Assembly (NCBI GenBank): GCA_951406725.2 | Contig: OX597833.1 | Location: forward strand, 62,310,001-62,374,000 | Length of the DNA stretch: 64,000 nucleotides | Direction of reading: 5' to 3' | DNA from: Octopus vulgaris | Taxonomy: Eukaryota | Part shown: piece by piece, positions 28,911 through 41,114 of the stretch | Layout: each line of letters starts with the position of its first letter | How positions within the stretch are numbered: position 1 is the first letter of the stretch | Made by a program: the position numbers and the translations under genes | Notes under the pieces: generated by a model | What the model saw: the letters and a program-made list of their open reading frames with translations, nothing else | What the model was told of the DNA's origin: nothing | Database searches by the model: none

Positions 28911-30962
28911 GTAAATATCACTTCTTAATTACTCTCTGTTTGTGTGTGTGTATGTGTGTACATCCATCACAACACATAGGAAAATACAAACACCTCCCAA
29001 CAAGCTGATACGACTGGATCAGTACAGTTTCTGGCAGCTCATGGCGGTGAGCTGGCAGAAACATTAGCACGCTGGGCAAAATGCTTAGCAGTATTTCGTC
29101 AGCCGTTACAATCTGAGTTCAAATTCTGCCGAGGTCGAGTTTTCCTTTCATCCTTTCGGGGTCGATAAATTAAGTACCAGTTACGCACTGAGGGTCGATA
29201 TAATCGACTTAATCCCTTTGTCTGTCCTTGTTTGTCCCCTCTGTGTGTAGCCCCTTGTAGGCAGTAAAAAAAAAATGACAACTGATACAATATACATACA
29301 TTACATAACAAATGAAACAATAAACTAACAGAAAAAACCCAAAAAACTGATGTATAATAAACATCATTATCTTCATCATCGTTTAAGGTCCGTTTTCCAT
29401 GCTGGCATGGGTTGGACAGTTCGACTGGGGTCTGAGAAGCCAGGAGGCTGCACCAGGCCCCACTTTGATCTGGCAGTATTTCTACTGATGGATGCCCTTC
29501 CTAATGCCAACCACTCCGAGAGTGTAACTGGGTGCTTTTTACGTGCCACCAGCACAGGAGCCAGAGGAGCTGTATAAAATATTTTATACATTGTAGAAAT
29601 ATAACCAGTTTATTGCACATAAATTTTAACAACAAAATCTTATGTGGCCCCTGGTTGAGAACCACTGCCCTGCAGCTAATCATATTTACCTCTGACCCCC
29701 ATCTCTGTCACAGCACATCTCCCTGCTTTCTGATCTTTCTATAGATTTATGACACTGCTGAGAGCTCCACTCCTCTTCTGTAGACCACTTGTCACCTCCT
29801 CCTCCTTGACCCACTTCTATCACTCATTTTTCCCCCCCGCCCTGCCCCACCCCACCCTACCACACCCCACCCTACCATACTGATATTTCCCTTCAATCAC
29901 ACCTCCACCCTCGTTCGTCACTCACTACATTCATCTCTGCCCCCTCCCCATTGTCCAACCCTCTGTTACTCCCTCTTTCAATCTTATGAAATTATCCTCC
30001 CACCTCCGCTGTATGGTTTCTTTCCTGCACTCCCCTTCTTGTACCTGGAGAGTTCACTCTGGCCTTTCATCACACCTTCTTTATCTTCTTTCAAAGCACT
30101 CTCACCGCCCTCACATAATGTGAGGGTGGCTATCTTTCCTTCCCCCAAAGGCGGCGAGCTGGCACAAACGATAGCACAAACGATAGCACGCCGGGCGAAA
30201 TGCATAGTCGTATTTCGTCTGCCGTTACGTTCTGAGTTCAAATTCCACCAAGGTCGACTTTGCCTTTCATCCTTTCGGGGTAGATAAATTAAGTACCTGT
30301 TTCGCACTGGGGTCGATATAATCAACTTAATCCCTTTGTCTGTCCTTGTTTGTCCCGTCTATGTTTAGCCCCTTGAGGGCAATAAAAAAATATATATATC
30401 TTCCTTCCCCCATAGCAAGACACCTGTGTGTGTCTCTCTATCATACTTTAAGGCTTTCAACACCTGGCATTTAGCTTCCTCTCTCTCTCTTCAATACCTC
30501 CTTGCCCTAGTCAAAGAGACTTTTCCTTTTTCTGCCTTGCAAGTTACTTGGCAACCTCACTAGTGCTGTGGCTGGTATTAAGGAAGGGCATCCAGCCATA
30601 GAAACCCTTACCAAAGCTGACATTGGAGGAACCTGCGGCAGCCCTGCAGCTCGTTTGATCCTGTCAAACCATCCAACACATGCAACCAGATAGACATTGG
30701 AGCCTGAGGCAGCCCTGCAACCAGATAGACGTTAAATGATGATGACGACAATGTATGTATTTGCATGCACACACACACATATATATAGATGTTGCTTAAC
30801 TAATTAAACAATTTAGTTAAGCAGTTTGGGTCAAGGTGGAGAAGAATGGCACCAACAGGATGGATTTGGAAGTGCATTGTGACCAGCAGTGTGTAACAGC
30901 CTCTTATGGTCTGGTTGATACTGTGATGTGTGTGTGTGTATAACTCTACATGTATGTGTATG

Positions 30963-30997
<35 letters not shown>

Positions 30998-31513
30998 TAA
31001 TAAATAAAACATATGCATATATACATACATATATGTACGTACCTACCTCTACATGTATATATACATGCATATATGGGTACAGGACACCAAAAAAACGTCG
31101 AACACAATGAGAAACGAGAACATAAACACAAAACCAAGGAAATGGACATTTTTCTTAAACAACAAAAAAATAGAGTACAGGACAAATAACACAAGGAAAA
31201 TTCCCCTTCTTCAGTCGCCATGGTTTCATCTACTCTGCGTTTCGAGTATATATGTGTATATCATCATCATCATCATCATTGTTTAACGTCCGTTCTCCAT
31301 GCTAGCATGGGTTGGACGGTTTGATCGGGGATCTGGGAAGCCAGAAGGCTGCACCAGGCTCCAGTCTGATCTGGCAATGTTTCTACAGCTGGATGCCCTT
31401 CCTAACGCCAACCACTCCATGAGTGTAGTGGGTGCTTTTTACGTGCCACCTGCACAGGTGCCAGGCGAGGCTGACAACGGCCACAGTCGGATTGGTGCAT
31501 TTTACGTGCCACC

Positions 31514-31558
<45 letters not shown>

Positions 31559-31700
31559 TAGGTATAAATACATGGGTACATGTATACATGTGTGTATGTA
31601 TACATGTAGTTATAAATATGCATGCACACTCACATACATATATGTGCATATGTATATATACATATATACTCATTTATGAATATATACACATATACATATA

Positions 31701-31777
31701 CAGGGGGGGGCAATAAAGTAACTTTACAGTTACTTATAATAAAAAAGTAACTGCAAATTGACTTTATTGCCACCTTG
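31701..31777. mobile_element. Tiny TA-flanked hairpin MITE (Tc1/mariner-like ends)
   Basis: TA|CAGGGGGGGGCAATAAAGTAACTTTACAGTTACTT...AAGTAACTGCAAATTGACTTTATTGCCACCTTG|TA imperfect palindrome. Confidence 0.55.
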
Positions 31778-32317
31778 TATACACATACACCCACACACAT
31801 ATATACACTCATATGTATATACACATACTTGGAGTGAGAGAGGAGGGGAGGGAAAGTTTCTCGAATGGTTCAGTGGTTAGAGATCTGTTAGGATTATTTA
31901 TTATCATGAGTCTCTTATAAATAAGTTTGTTGATGAACCAGTGTCAAAGCACCTACACAGCAGTTCAACCGGCTAGAAAGAGCAGTCAAATCTCCCTCCC
32001 TCCCGAATCCACACCTTCACTGGCTTAAAAAAAAAAAAAAAGGATGCCACGCTGCAAAAAGGGGAATGCCAAAAATGACGGAAGATATCCACAGGTGGAA
32101 TGTGTAAGGTGGAGCACAATGAGGCCTGACCTTGGGTTAAACAATAACAACACTAACTGCTTGTTGTGTTGACAACCACTACCATATATGGTATATTTAT
32201 AAACAGGTGAAATCATCAATAGAATTAGTTCAAGGAGATTTAAATGTGAAAATGAGGTGTGCACAAAATGTTAAACAGGCCTTGTATTATGCATTTATGT
32301 GTGTGGGTGTATACATA

Positions 32318-32736
32318 TAGGCGCAGGAGTGGCTGTGTGGTAAGTAGCTTGTTTACCAACCACATGGTTCCGGGTTCAGTCCCACTGTGTGGCACCTTGG
32401 GCAAGTGTCTTCTACTATAGCCTCGAGCCGACCAAAGCCTTGTGAGTGGATTTTGTAGACGGAAACTGAAAGAAGCCTGTCGTATATATGTATATATATA
32501 TATATGTATATATATATATGTGTGTGTGTGTGTGTCTGTGTTTGTCCCCCTAGCATTGCTTGACAGCCGATGCTGGTGTGTTTATGTCCCCGTTACTTAG
32601 CGGTTTGGCAAAAGAGACTGATAGAATAAGTACTGGGCTTACAAAAGAATAAGTCCCGGGGTCAAGTTGCTCGATTAAAGGCGGTGCTCCAGCATGGCTG
32701 CAGTCAAATGACTGAAACAAGTAAAAGAGTAAAAGA
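32318..32736 (+). mobile_element. tRNA-derived SINE, family A (representative full copy)
   Basis: Head GGCGCAGGAGTGGCTGTGTGG...GGTTCAGTCCC (A/B boxes), internal (TA/TG)n, tail (GTAAAAGA)n. Other copies at about 9793-10228(-), 15006-15320(-), 19058-19470(-), 25314-25941(-), 36203-36565(-), 39126-39435(-), 43072-43467(+), 45765-46169(-), 53867-54190(+). Confidence 0.85.
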
Positions 32737-34476
32737 GGTCTTATATTATGCATGTATGTGTGTGGGTGTATATATACATATATATATATGTGCACATATA
32801 CACACCTATATAGGGTGGGCCAAACGTCAGGCATATAATAAGTTCAATACACTTAGAAATTGCTGAAGACCGACTTAAGTTTTTTTTAAAAATTGAATAA
32901 AGAAAATAGAATAAGGATGAATACGCTCATACTTGTATGTGAACCTAATGAATGATAATAATTATAATAATAATAATATGCCCTGATGCAGTACCAGGCA
33001 GTGGCTCTCGTGGCTTCTGATCTTAACTGATTGGAAGTATTATCATGTACATTGTTTTGTCTTGGTATAAAAAGATGGGCTACAGCAAATATTCTGCTCA
33101 ATACCACAGATTTGCTTGTCAGTTGTTTGACCTTAACCAGTTGAGCATGTCCCTTGGTGGCTGATGATTTGTGCATCTCTGATCACGAGCAGAAGTAGTG
33201 GGGGAGCATCATAGCCATGTGTTAAAAGGAATTCTTTGGGGTTTAAATAATTCACCTCTGGAAACATGGGTGTTTCATTCAACATCCTTAACCCTTATTC
33301 AGGGACCTTTTGAGCGGGATGGGCTACTTGAACAGAAGAAAATTCTAACTGGGCCCTACCTACAAGGTCATGTGCTGTTTATCTTGATATGAGATCACCA
33401 TGTCGTGCACATATGGTTGTGATGCATGTGCCTGGTGAACCCTTATCACACGGGTAGTCATGATGGATACACTGGGCTTCGTATATTTTAACCCAGTGTC
33501 GCTTTGATGGCATGTACTGCTCTCTCACTCAATAATAATAATGTAATTTGAACAAAATGTTAAATGTTTTAGTGCATGACTTTTGGCCCATTATGCAGAT
33601 CATTTAATGTCAGTCTAATAAGGTGGTGAGCTGGCAAAATCGTTGGCATGCTGGGAAAATTGCTTAGCAGTATTTTGGCCATCTTCATACTCTGAGTTCT
33701 AATGTCACAGGGGTCCACTTTGCCTTTCATTTTTTCCGGGGTCAGTAAAATAAGTAGCAGTTCATTACTGAGGTCGATGTAATCGTCTTAACTTACTCCT
33801 GGGTAGGAGTATAGAAGCTCCACCCCCCTCTGCCAATCCATGTCAAACCAGTGTGACAGAGTAGGCTCATCAAACCGGTATGATCTCAAGCTCAAATTCA
33901 CATGCCATTAAAGAAAAGCCAGAACAACAAACATACACACACACACACACACACTATTGTGGGCATGGATGTGTGGTTAAGAAGTTCACTTCTCAACCAT
34001 ATGGTTTCAGGTTCAGTCCCACTGCATGCCATGTCGGACAAGTGTTTTTATTGAGAACAATTTATGTTTTGTTTAAATATGAATATAAAATTATATCTTT
34101 ATCTTTTCATAAAAATATATCCACCCTCTTTTCTCTCTGGGGTAGCCATATGTCTCTCCCCTGCAGCAAACACCTGTTCCTGTCCCCTCTTTCCTAGTTA
34201 ACCCTTTCTACACCTGGCACTAAGCCACTTCCTTCAGTACTACATCCTCCCCTCTGTAAAGGGGTTTTGTTTTGCAAGTTGTTTGGTAACCCTACTGATG
34301 CTGCTGCTACAAAAAAAAAAATGCACCCAGTGCACTCTGTAAAGTGGTAGGCATTAGAAAGTGCATTCTGTCATAGAAACCTTGCCAGTGTAGACAGTGC
34401 ACCCCAATGCAAGCTTCAGGCTAGCCAGATCTTGTTGAACTATCCAACCCATGTGAGCATAAAACATGAATATTAA

Positions 34477-34696
34477 CCCTTTAATCTTCAGATTACTCTG
34501 TTAATTGTAATGCTTTTTCACTCAAATTGTTTTGAATTAATCTTGCATTATCTCATAGCTTTGAGGTTTCAATGATGTGATTATTTATTTTTAGAATGTC
34601 AATTTAGGTTTGATGTGAGAGGCCAGATATGGCTTGTTCAAATATAAAACATGTAGAATATTTGGGCCGAATGTGGCCGGTTTAAACGCTAAAGGG
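34477..34696. mobile_element. piggyBac-like MITE
   Basis: TTAA|CCCTTTA...TAAAGGG|TTAA termini; related partial copies at about 20102-20303 and (interrupted by SINEs) about 26490-27310. Confidence 0.75.
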
Positions 34697-34972
34697 TTAA
34701 AAGATGAGATTAAGGTCTTACTGTTGATGTTGGTCCTGGACATGGGGAGGGGGGATCGATGTAAGTGACTAGTTCCCCACCACCATCACTACCTTCAGCA
34801 CAAGATTTCAGGCCTTGTGCCTACAGCAGAAAAGATAATTGTTCCCAATACTGAAGATGTTGCTGAAAACTGGGTTTTCGGATTCGTTAGTGTCATTACA
34901 TAACTTTATGTAGTGCCTCCCCAAAGTCGGCCTTTAGTGGTGTAGCCTTTGTTTTTTGTTTGTTGTTTGTGA

Positions 34973-35064
34973 GGTAGCGTGGCCGAGTTGGTCTGGTCTA
35001 AGGTGCTGGTTTTAGGCGCAAGTCTCTTCGGACGGAGGCGTGGGTTCGAATCCCATCGCTGCCA
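34973..35064 (+). tRNA. tRNA-Leu(TAG)-derived gene, probably a pseudogene (92 nt, two internal micro-duplications)
   Basis: GGTAGCGTGGCCGAG...TAAGG...CTGGT-TT-TAG-GC...GTGGGTTCGAATCCCATCGCTGCCA closely follows the metazoan tRNA-Leu(TAG) sequence. Acceptor and T stems pair; T5 tract at 35073-35077. Extra TGGTC in the D-arm, extra CGGA in the variable arm, G-A mismatch in the anticodon stem. Confidence 0.85.
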
Positions 35065-35522
35065 AACGATAATTTTTAAATTGGCGGTGCCCCAGCATTG
35101 CCACAGCACACCACACGTGAGCTGAAATAAATAAAAAAAAACAAAAAAAAAACACACGAAGTGAAGGTGAGTGGGGGGGGATGGTTGTTAATCCTTCAAT
35201 ATTAAAAATAAAGATATATTGCAAGCATAAGGCGTTTTGCCTTCTTCAAGTCTCGCTGGGTTTTGCTCACACTCGTTCTTAATCAACCTCTTAGAACCCC
35301 CCCCCCCCACCTCATCCCCCCCACACACACACACGAGACTCGCATAATCAGACACATGCATTTAAGTGGAAGTCGGCACGTGATCCGCTCCCCCCACCCC
35401 CGATCGAAACATTCAGAGTTCGTTGGCCTTCTTTATCAAGGGAGATAACTTTGCTTTTGTAGAATTATTTTCTGTCGTGTCTGGGGAAGAGTCATTTTCT
35501 GTTTATTGTGCCTTATTAATAA

Positions 35523-35914
35523 CTAGCAGTATCGCCCGGCGTTGCTCAGGTTTGTAAGGGAAATAACTATATAAGCATTTTTAGAGAGTTACAGCCAAAA
35601 AATAGCAAAAAAATGCATTAAAAATGGAAACAAAATGATAGTAATTTTTTTTTTAAATCGTTGACTCATCGTAGACATTTTTAGAGAGTTACTTCCCTTA
35701 TATAATAGCGAAAAAATGCATTAAGATGGGAAAAAATTATGGTAAATTTTTTTTAAAATCGTAGACTCATCGTAGACGCGCGCTAATACCCAGAAGGGCT
35801 CGATATGAATGACGACTATAAGATACCCGGTTTTGGCTAAACTGCACCGCAAAATGTAGTTAGGAATCTAAATCGTAGGAGACAGACACACAACCTTACT
35901 TTTATATATAAAGA
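35523..35914 (-). mobile_element. Non-autonomous Helitron
   Basis: Minus strand begins TC(TTTATATATAAAAG) and ends with a GC-rich subterminal hairpin (CCTGAGCAACGCCGGG) followed by CTAG; sits between host A and T with no TSD. Canonical Helitron termini. Confidence 0.85.
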
Positions 35915-36316
35915 TGTAACACACTCACCGGTAAAAATAAAAATAAGAAATAAGTGGAAATTTTACCGGTGTGCGTGTGTGTGTGTTACATTATAAGGCA
36001 CAAAAAGAAAATGATTCCCCCCAGACACAACAGAATATGCTTCAACACACGAACTCGGATCTTTTCGGTTTGAACGGCAGTTTTTTCTAGCGGTGTCATA
36101 TGAAATTGTCACCCATAATTATGACCCTGGTATCGATCTATTGCATTTCAATCTGTGTTAGGGTTAGGGGAAGGGTATCATTTTTTCTTCAGACAAACAT
36201 CATTACTCTTTTACTTGTTTCAGTCATTTGACTCTGGCCATGCTGGAGCACCGCCTTTCAAGCGGTTGTCAAGCGATGTTGGGGAGACAAACACAGGCAC
36301 ACAAACATATACACAC

Positions 36317-36407
<91 letters not shown>

Positions 36408-37726
36408 TATGACAGGCTTCTTTCAGTTTCCGTCTACTAAATCCTCTCACAAAGCTTTGGTCGGCCCAAGGCTGTAGAAGAAGACACTTGCCCAAGGTGC
36501 CACGCAGTGGGACTGAACCCGGAACCATGTGGCTGGTAAGCAAGCTACTTACCACACAGCCACTCTCTATGACCAGATGCTCTTCGTGCCGTTAAATCTC
36601 ACCTGTTTCCATGCAAGGTAATATTTGCACCTCGTCTTCAAATATTAAACAGCTCAATCGCTGAACTTGTATCCACAGAAGATTGCATACAAATGACAGA
36701 TCACTTGTATAATGGTGACATTTGTTTATGGTCAGTTCACAGTCGATATGAACACACACACGTGATAATGATAACAATAATAAAATCTATTTTCTATATT
36801 TTCTGGTCATTGCAGAATTAAATTGAAGAATTTGCTTCATAGCCACTGGATTTGGTTAAAAAGAGACGATGAGCAATGGCTAGAAGGATATTGAGCTTAA
36901 TTTGATAAGCAGCTGATCTAGCGAGCAGGGCCTCATATCAGTGAGAGGGTCCAGTGCGCATTGTTGCAGTTGAGACGTAGGCCCCGAAACGGTGCGCATT
37001 CTCTCCTGATGACCCCATACACTTGCTGGCTTCCAGTATACGGAACTTTTGACTGGTAGCACTTGCATGTGCAAGTTGTTTGCAAGACATCACACAAATA
37101 AATATTCTCATGAAGAAAAATTCCAAACTAAACAGAACAATACCATAACTAATCAACGCACACACACACATATGGAGCGAGACATGGGCATAGTTGTGTG
37201 GTTAACAAGTTTGCTTTCTAATCACAAGGTCTCTGGTTCAGTCCCACTGTGTGTCACCTGGGACAGGTATCTTCTACTGTTGACTCCAGGCTGACCAATC
37301 CCTTGTTAGTGGATTTGATAGATTTGGTGAATGGAAACTCAGTGGAACGCTATCGTGTGTGTGTGTGTGTGTGTGTGTGTGCGCATGTGCATATACATGT
37401 GTGCATATGCACACACGTACATGTTTGTGTTTGTTTCCACACCTGTTGACAACTGGTGTTGGTTTGTTAACATCGCATACTAGTTGTCCAGCGATTCAGC
37501 AAAGGAGCCCAATGGAATACATAACATACTTACAAAGAATATGTATTGGATTCATTTTGTTCAACCAAACCAGTAGTTTGCAACCACTTTCTTTTTTTTT
37601 TTTCTTCTTTTTTTTTCCAGTTATGGACCTCTTTGGTTACTGTTTCGCTCTGGCGGACCCCCATCGCCATTCAATGTTTAAAAACTTATTTTATACATAC
37701 TTCTTTCAAAATTCCTATTTTGTTTA

Positions 37727-38150
37727 TCACATCATCATCATTGTTCGACTGTGGTCGAGACAATGGAATTTACTATGTTACGTCAGACTTCACGGTCCAT
37801 CATAGCATTACGGAGGTCCTGTTGCTGGATACCTGTATCCCTGGAAATTACATCAGGGTAGGAGAGTGTCCGCCCTCTGGCATCGCGAGCAGATGGCTTC
37901 CAGAGGAGAAGAGTAGAAATTACCTCATTTTCAGCTCTACAACAATGTCCATCAAACTGGATTCTTCTACCTTTCACAATAGATGATACAGGTGGTAATT
38001 TCCCATATATTTGTACTTTGGTTGGATGACGCTTCCATGAGAGATTTTGAGCTCTTGTAAGGAGGCAAGGGTAAGTTCCATCCAACCGCCTCTCAAGCTT
38101 CTTTTATAACGTCCAGGTTTCTGAGCCATATAGTAGAATTGGGTTGACTG
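37727..38150 (-). mobile_element. RTE-clade LINE 3' fragment (degenerate)
   Basis: Minus strand LLYGSETWTL*KKLERRLDGTYPCLLTRAQNLSWKRHPTKVQIYG...RRIQFDGHCCR...LLLW...DLRNAMMDRE, typical of the RTE post-RT region; in-frame stop; (GAT)n tail. Confidence 0.75.
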
Positions 38151-38583
38151 TTTATCACACATTCCCTTGTCTAGGCTGAACTATGGAAAACATCAGAGAA
38201 AGGAACTGTTTCTTGCAATAAAGACATCGAAAACAAAATATTTCTTGTGGACCCATAAAAATTCTACTGTGAATCCAAAGAACTATTTTGTTTGCATGGA
38301 CCCCCCACAAAAAAAAAAATCTTATATGGACCCCAGTTGAGAACCGCTGAACTAAACCCTTCAATGCAGTGCCCCAGCATGGCCACAGTCTCATGCATGA
38401 AACAAGCAAAAGAATATAAGACTCTCTCAAAGAACTTTGCCATTTTTGTAGTTCCTTATTTAAATGCCTTCTTCTCTTGTAATCTTCGCTTGTCTTCCTT
38501 TTGTATAAAGATGTCCAATTTGTCTTTTCCTTATGTAAAAATATGTCTGAATCATCTTTTATTTTTCTTCCATTATTTTGCAG

Positions 38584-38657
38584 GATATATTAAGGTGTCG
38601 TGTGTTAACATCTGGAATCTTTGAAACCAGATTTATTGTTGATAAAGTAAATTTCCA
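38584..38657 (+). CDS. GNAS: G-alpha-s coding exon (74 bp), switch I
   Basis: ttttgcag acceptor, CA|gtaagt donor; [24 protein letters not shown](H) contains the catalytic Arg (R201 equivalent, cholera toxin ADP-ribosylation site) and the G2 Thr. Confidence 0.97.
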
Positions 38658-39551
38658 GTAAGTTCTTCATTTTATTTATTTATTGCTTGCTTTTTTGTGT
38701 TTGTTTGTTTTTTAATATTTTCACATGAATATTTGTTGAGCAGTGTCCGTCATTTCCAAGCTTCCATGTAAACCTGTCTGGCGTTGGGGGAAATGTTACC
38801 TGACTTGGAAACAGGTGAGGATTGGTAACAGGAAAGGCATCTGACCATAAAAAAAATCTGCTTCAACAAATTCCATCTGACCCATGCAGGCATGGAAAAG
38901 CGAACGTTAAAACAACGATGACAGTGTTTTGGCAGTGAGATGGCAGAATTGTTAGCATACTGGATGAAATGGTGACCGGCATTTCTTCATGCTTTATATT
39001 CCGAGTTCAAATGCCTCTGAGGTTGACTTTACCTTTCATCCTTTTGGGGGTCAATAAAATAAGCAACAGTTGAGCATAGGGGTTGATGAAATTGTGCCAA
39101 AAAGTTTTTAATATATTTTCATATTTTACTCTTTACTCTCTCTCTTTTATTTGTCTCTGTCATTTGACTGTGGCCATGCTGGAGCACCACCTTCAGTCAA
39201 GCAAATTGACCCCAGGACTTATTCTTTGTAAGCTTAGTACTTGTTCTATCGGTCTCTTTTGCCGAACCGCTAAGTTACGTGGATGTAAACAGACTAGCAT
39301 CGGTTGTCAAACGATATTGAGGGGACAAACACAGACACACAAACATATGCTCACACACACATATATATATATATATATACGACAGGCTTCTTTCAGTTTC
39401 CGTCTACCAAATCCACTCACAAGGCTTTGGTCAACCTGAAACAGGCAAGGATTGGTGAAAGAAGGGCATCATGTCACAGAAAATCTGCCTCAAGAAATTC
39501 CGTTTGACTCCTGCAAGCATTGGAAAGGTGGACATTAAATGACGATAATCA

Positions 39552-39584
<33 letters not shown>

Positions 39585-39669
39585 TGCATAGATGTTGCAC
39601 ATTTGCACAAACATATATACATGCACATCCTTCTATTCTATTCTATCCGGTTTTGTTTTCTCTTTGCAG

Positions 39670-39849
39670 TATGTTTGATGTAGGCGGCCAAAGAGATGAA
39701 AGAAGAAAGTGGATCCAATGTTTTAATGATGTAACAGCCATAATATTTGTCACTGCATGTAGCAGTTATAATCTTGTACTACGAGAAGATAACACTCAAA
39801 ATAGACTTAAAGAATCTTTAGAATTGTTTCAAAGTATTTGGAATAACAG
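39670..39849 (+). CDS. GNAS: G-alpha-s coding exon (180 bp), G3/switch II-III
   Basis: tttgcag acceptor, AG|gtgagt donor; [59 protein letters not shown](R); DVGGQ with the Q227 equivalent and Gs-type [14 protein letters not shown]. Confidence 0.98.
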
Positions 39850-39888
39850 GTGAGTACAACCTCTCGTTTACTACTCTTTACATATTTC

Positions 39889-40326
39889 GGATCTTTTCAG
39901 TTTGAATGGCAGTTTTTTAAAAATAATTTCCACATAACTAAACACTTTTAAACTTTGTAAACTGGTAGAATGTATTTATAAAACATCTTTTTCTCTTGGC
40001 TTTATTGAGAAAATTCTATAGTTTGTACGATATTTGTTGTTGTTTTTTTCTTCAATTTCTGCAATTTCAACCAATCAATGACATCTATTGAGGTGAAAAC
40101 ATTCTGTGCATATGAACATTCTGTGTATGAAAGTGTCCCTCGTTTAAGAAACAGATTGGGTTTATTTACATTTGTGAAGAAAAAAAGATACCCTTCCCCC
40201 ACCCCTAACCCCAACTAACCCTAACCCAGATTGAAATGCAATAGATCAGTACTAGGGTCATAATTATGGGTGACAATTTCATATGACACCGCTAGAAAAA
40301 AACTGCCGTTCAAACCGAAAAGATCC
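39889..40326. mobile_element. Non-autonomous DNA transposon (MITE) with about 30-bp TIRs, 40 bp downstream of a GNAS donor site
   Basis: GGATCTTTTCAGTTTGAATGGCAGTTTTTT ... AAAAAACTGCCGTTCAAACCGAAAAGATCC; imperfect flanking repeat catatttc/cataattt; internal (CCCTAA)-like run. A truncated second copy lies at about 36057-36200. Confidence 0.8.
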
Positions 40327-40600
40327 CATAATTTTCCTCCCCCTTCTCCTTCTTGCTTGTTTTCCCCCTTTTCCTTAAGAAGGGCTTGGGTTGGGTCCTA
40401 GCACTTCTCAAGCAGTTCTATATATTTCATAAGAAAGAACAATAATATTATATATACATACATATATACACTTGGTCATTAGATATATTCTTTGAAGTAT
40501 CTTTCTTATACTGTATTGCAACATATACACAGAATTACATTTTATACCTAAAAATGAGTATTTTTTTCTAATTCATCATTTTTTCAACTAAATCATGATT

Positions 40601-40743
40601 CATTGTTTACATTCATTATTTACATTATTTACATTTGACGGATATTTGTCCTCATCTTGTTTGTTGCTATCACAACGTTTCAGCTGATATACTCTCCAGC
40701 CTTCTTCAGGTGGGTTCTCATTCCTAAGGTATTTTTCGATGTA

Positions 40744-40779
<36 letters not shown>

Positions 40780-41114
40780 ATCACTGCCTGGAATCGAACT
40801 CAGAATATCTTGGGGTTAGTAGCCTGTGCTCTTAACCACTATGCCATGGGCACATATGGCGTAGTGGTTAAGAGCACGGGCTACTAACTCCAAGATACCA
40901 AGTTCGATTCCAGGCAGTGACCTGAATAATAATAATAACATCAAAAAATACCTTAGGAATGAGAACCCAGGTTGGAAATTTCCCCAGGACGCCTGAAGAA
41001 GGCTGGAGGGTATATCAGCCAAAAGGTTGTGTTAACAACAAACAAGATGAGGACAAATATCCATCGAATATAAATAGTGTAAATAATTCATTATCTCTCA
41101 ATTATATAACTGTA
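40601..41114. mobile_element. Palindromic (head-to-head) non-autonomous retroelement with tRNA-like head and minimal hammerhead, Penelope-like
   Basis: Arms about 40617-40846 and 40856-41086 are reverse complements. Each has A-box/B-box-like motifs (TGGCGTAGTGGTTAAG...AGTTCGATTCC) and CTGAAGA-A-GGCTG-N10-CAGC(C/T)-GAAAC-GTT. Direct repeat TAAATCATGATT at 40589-40600 and 41115-41126. Confidence 0.7.

Noticed and set aside
40195-40228. (CCCTAA)-like run as an interstitial telomere
   Set aside because: Only a few degenerate units and part of the MITE body; also present in the 36057 copy.
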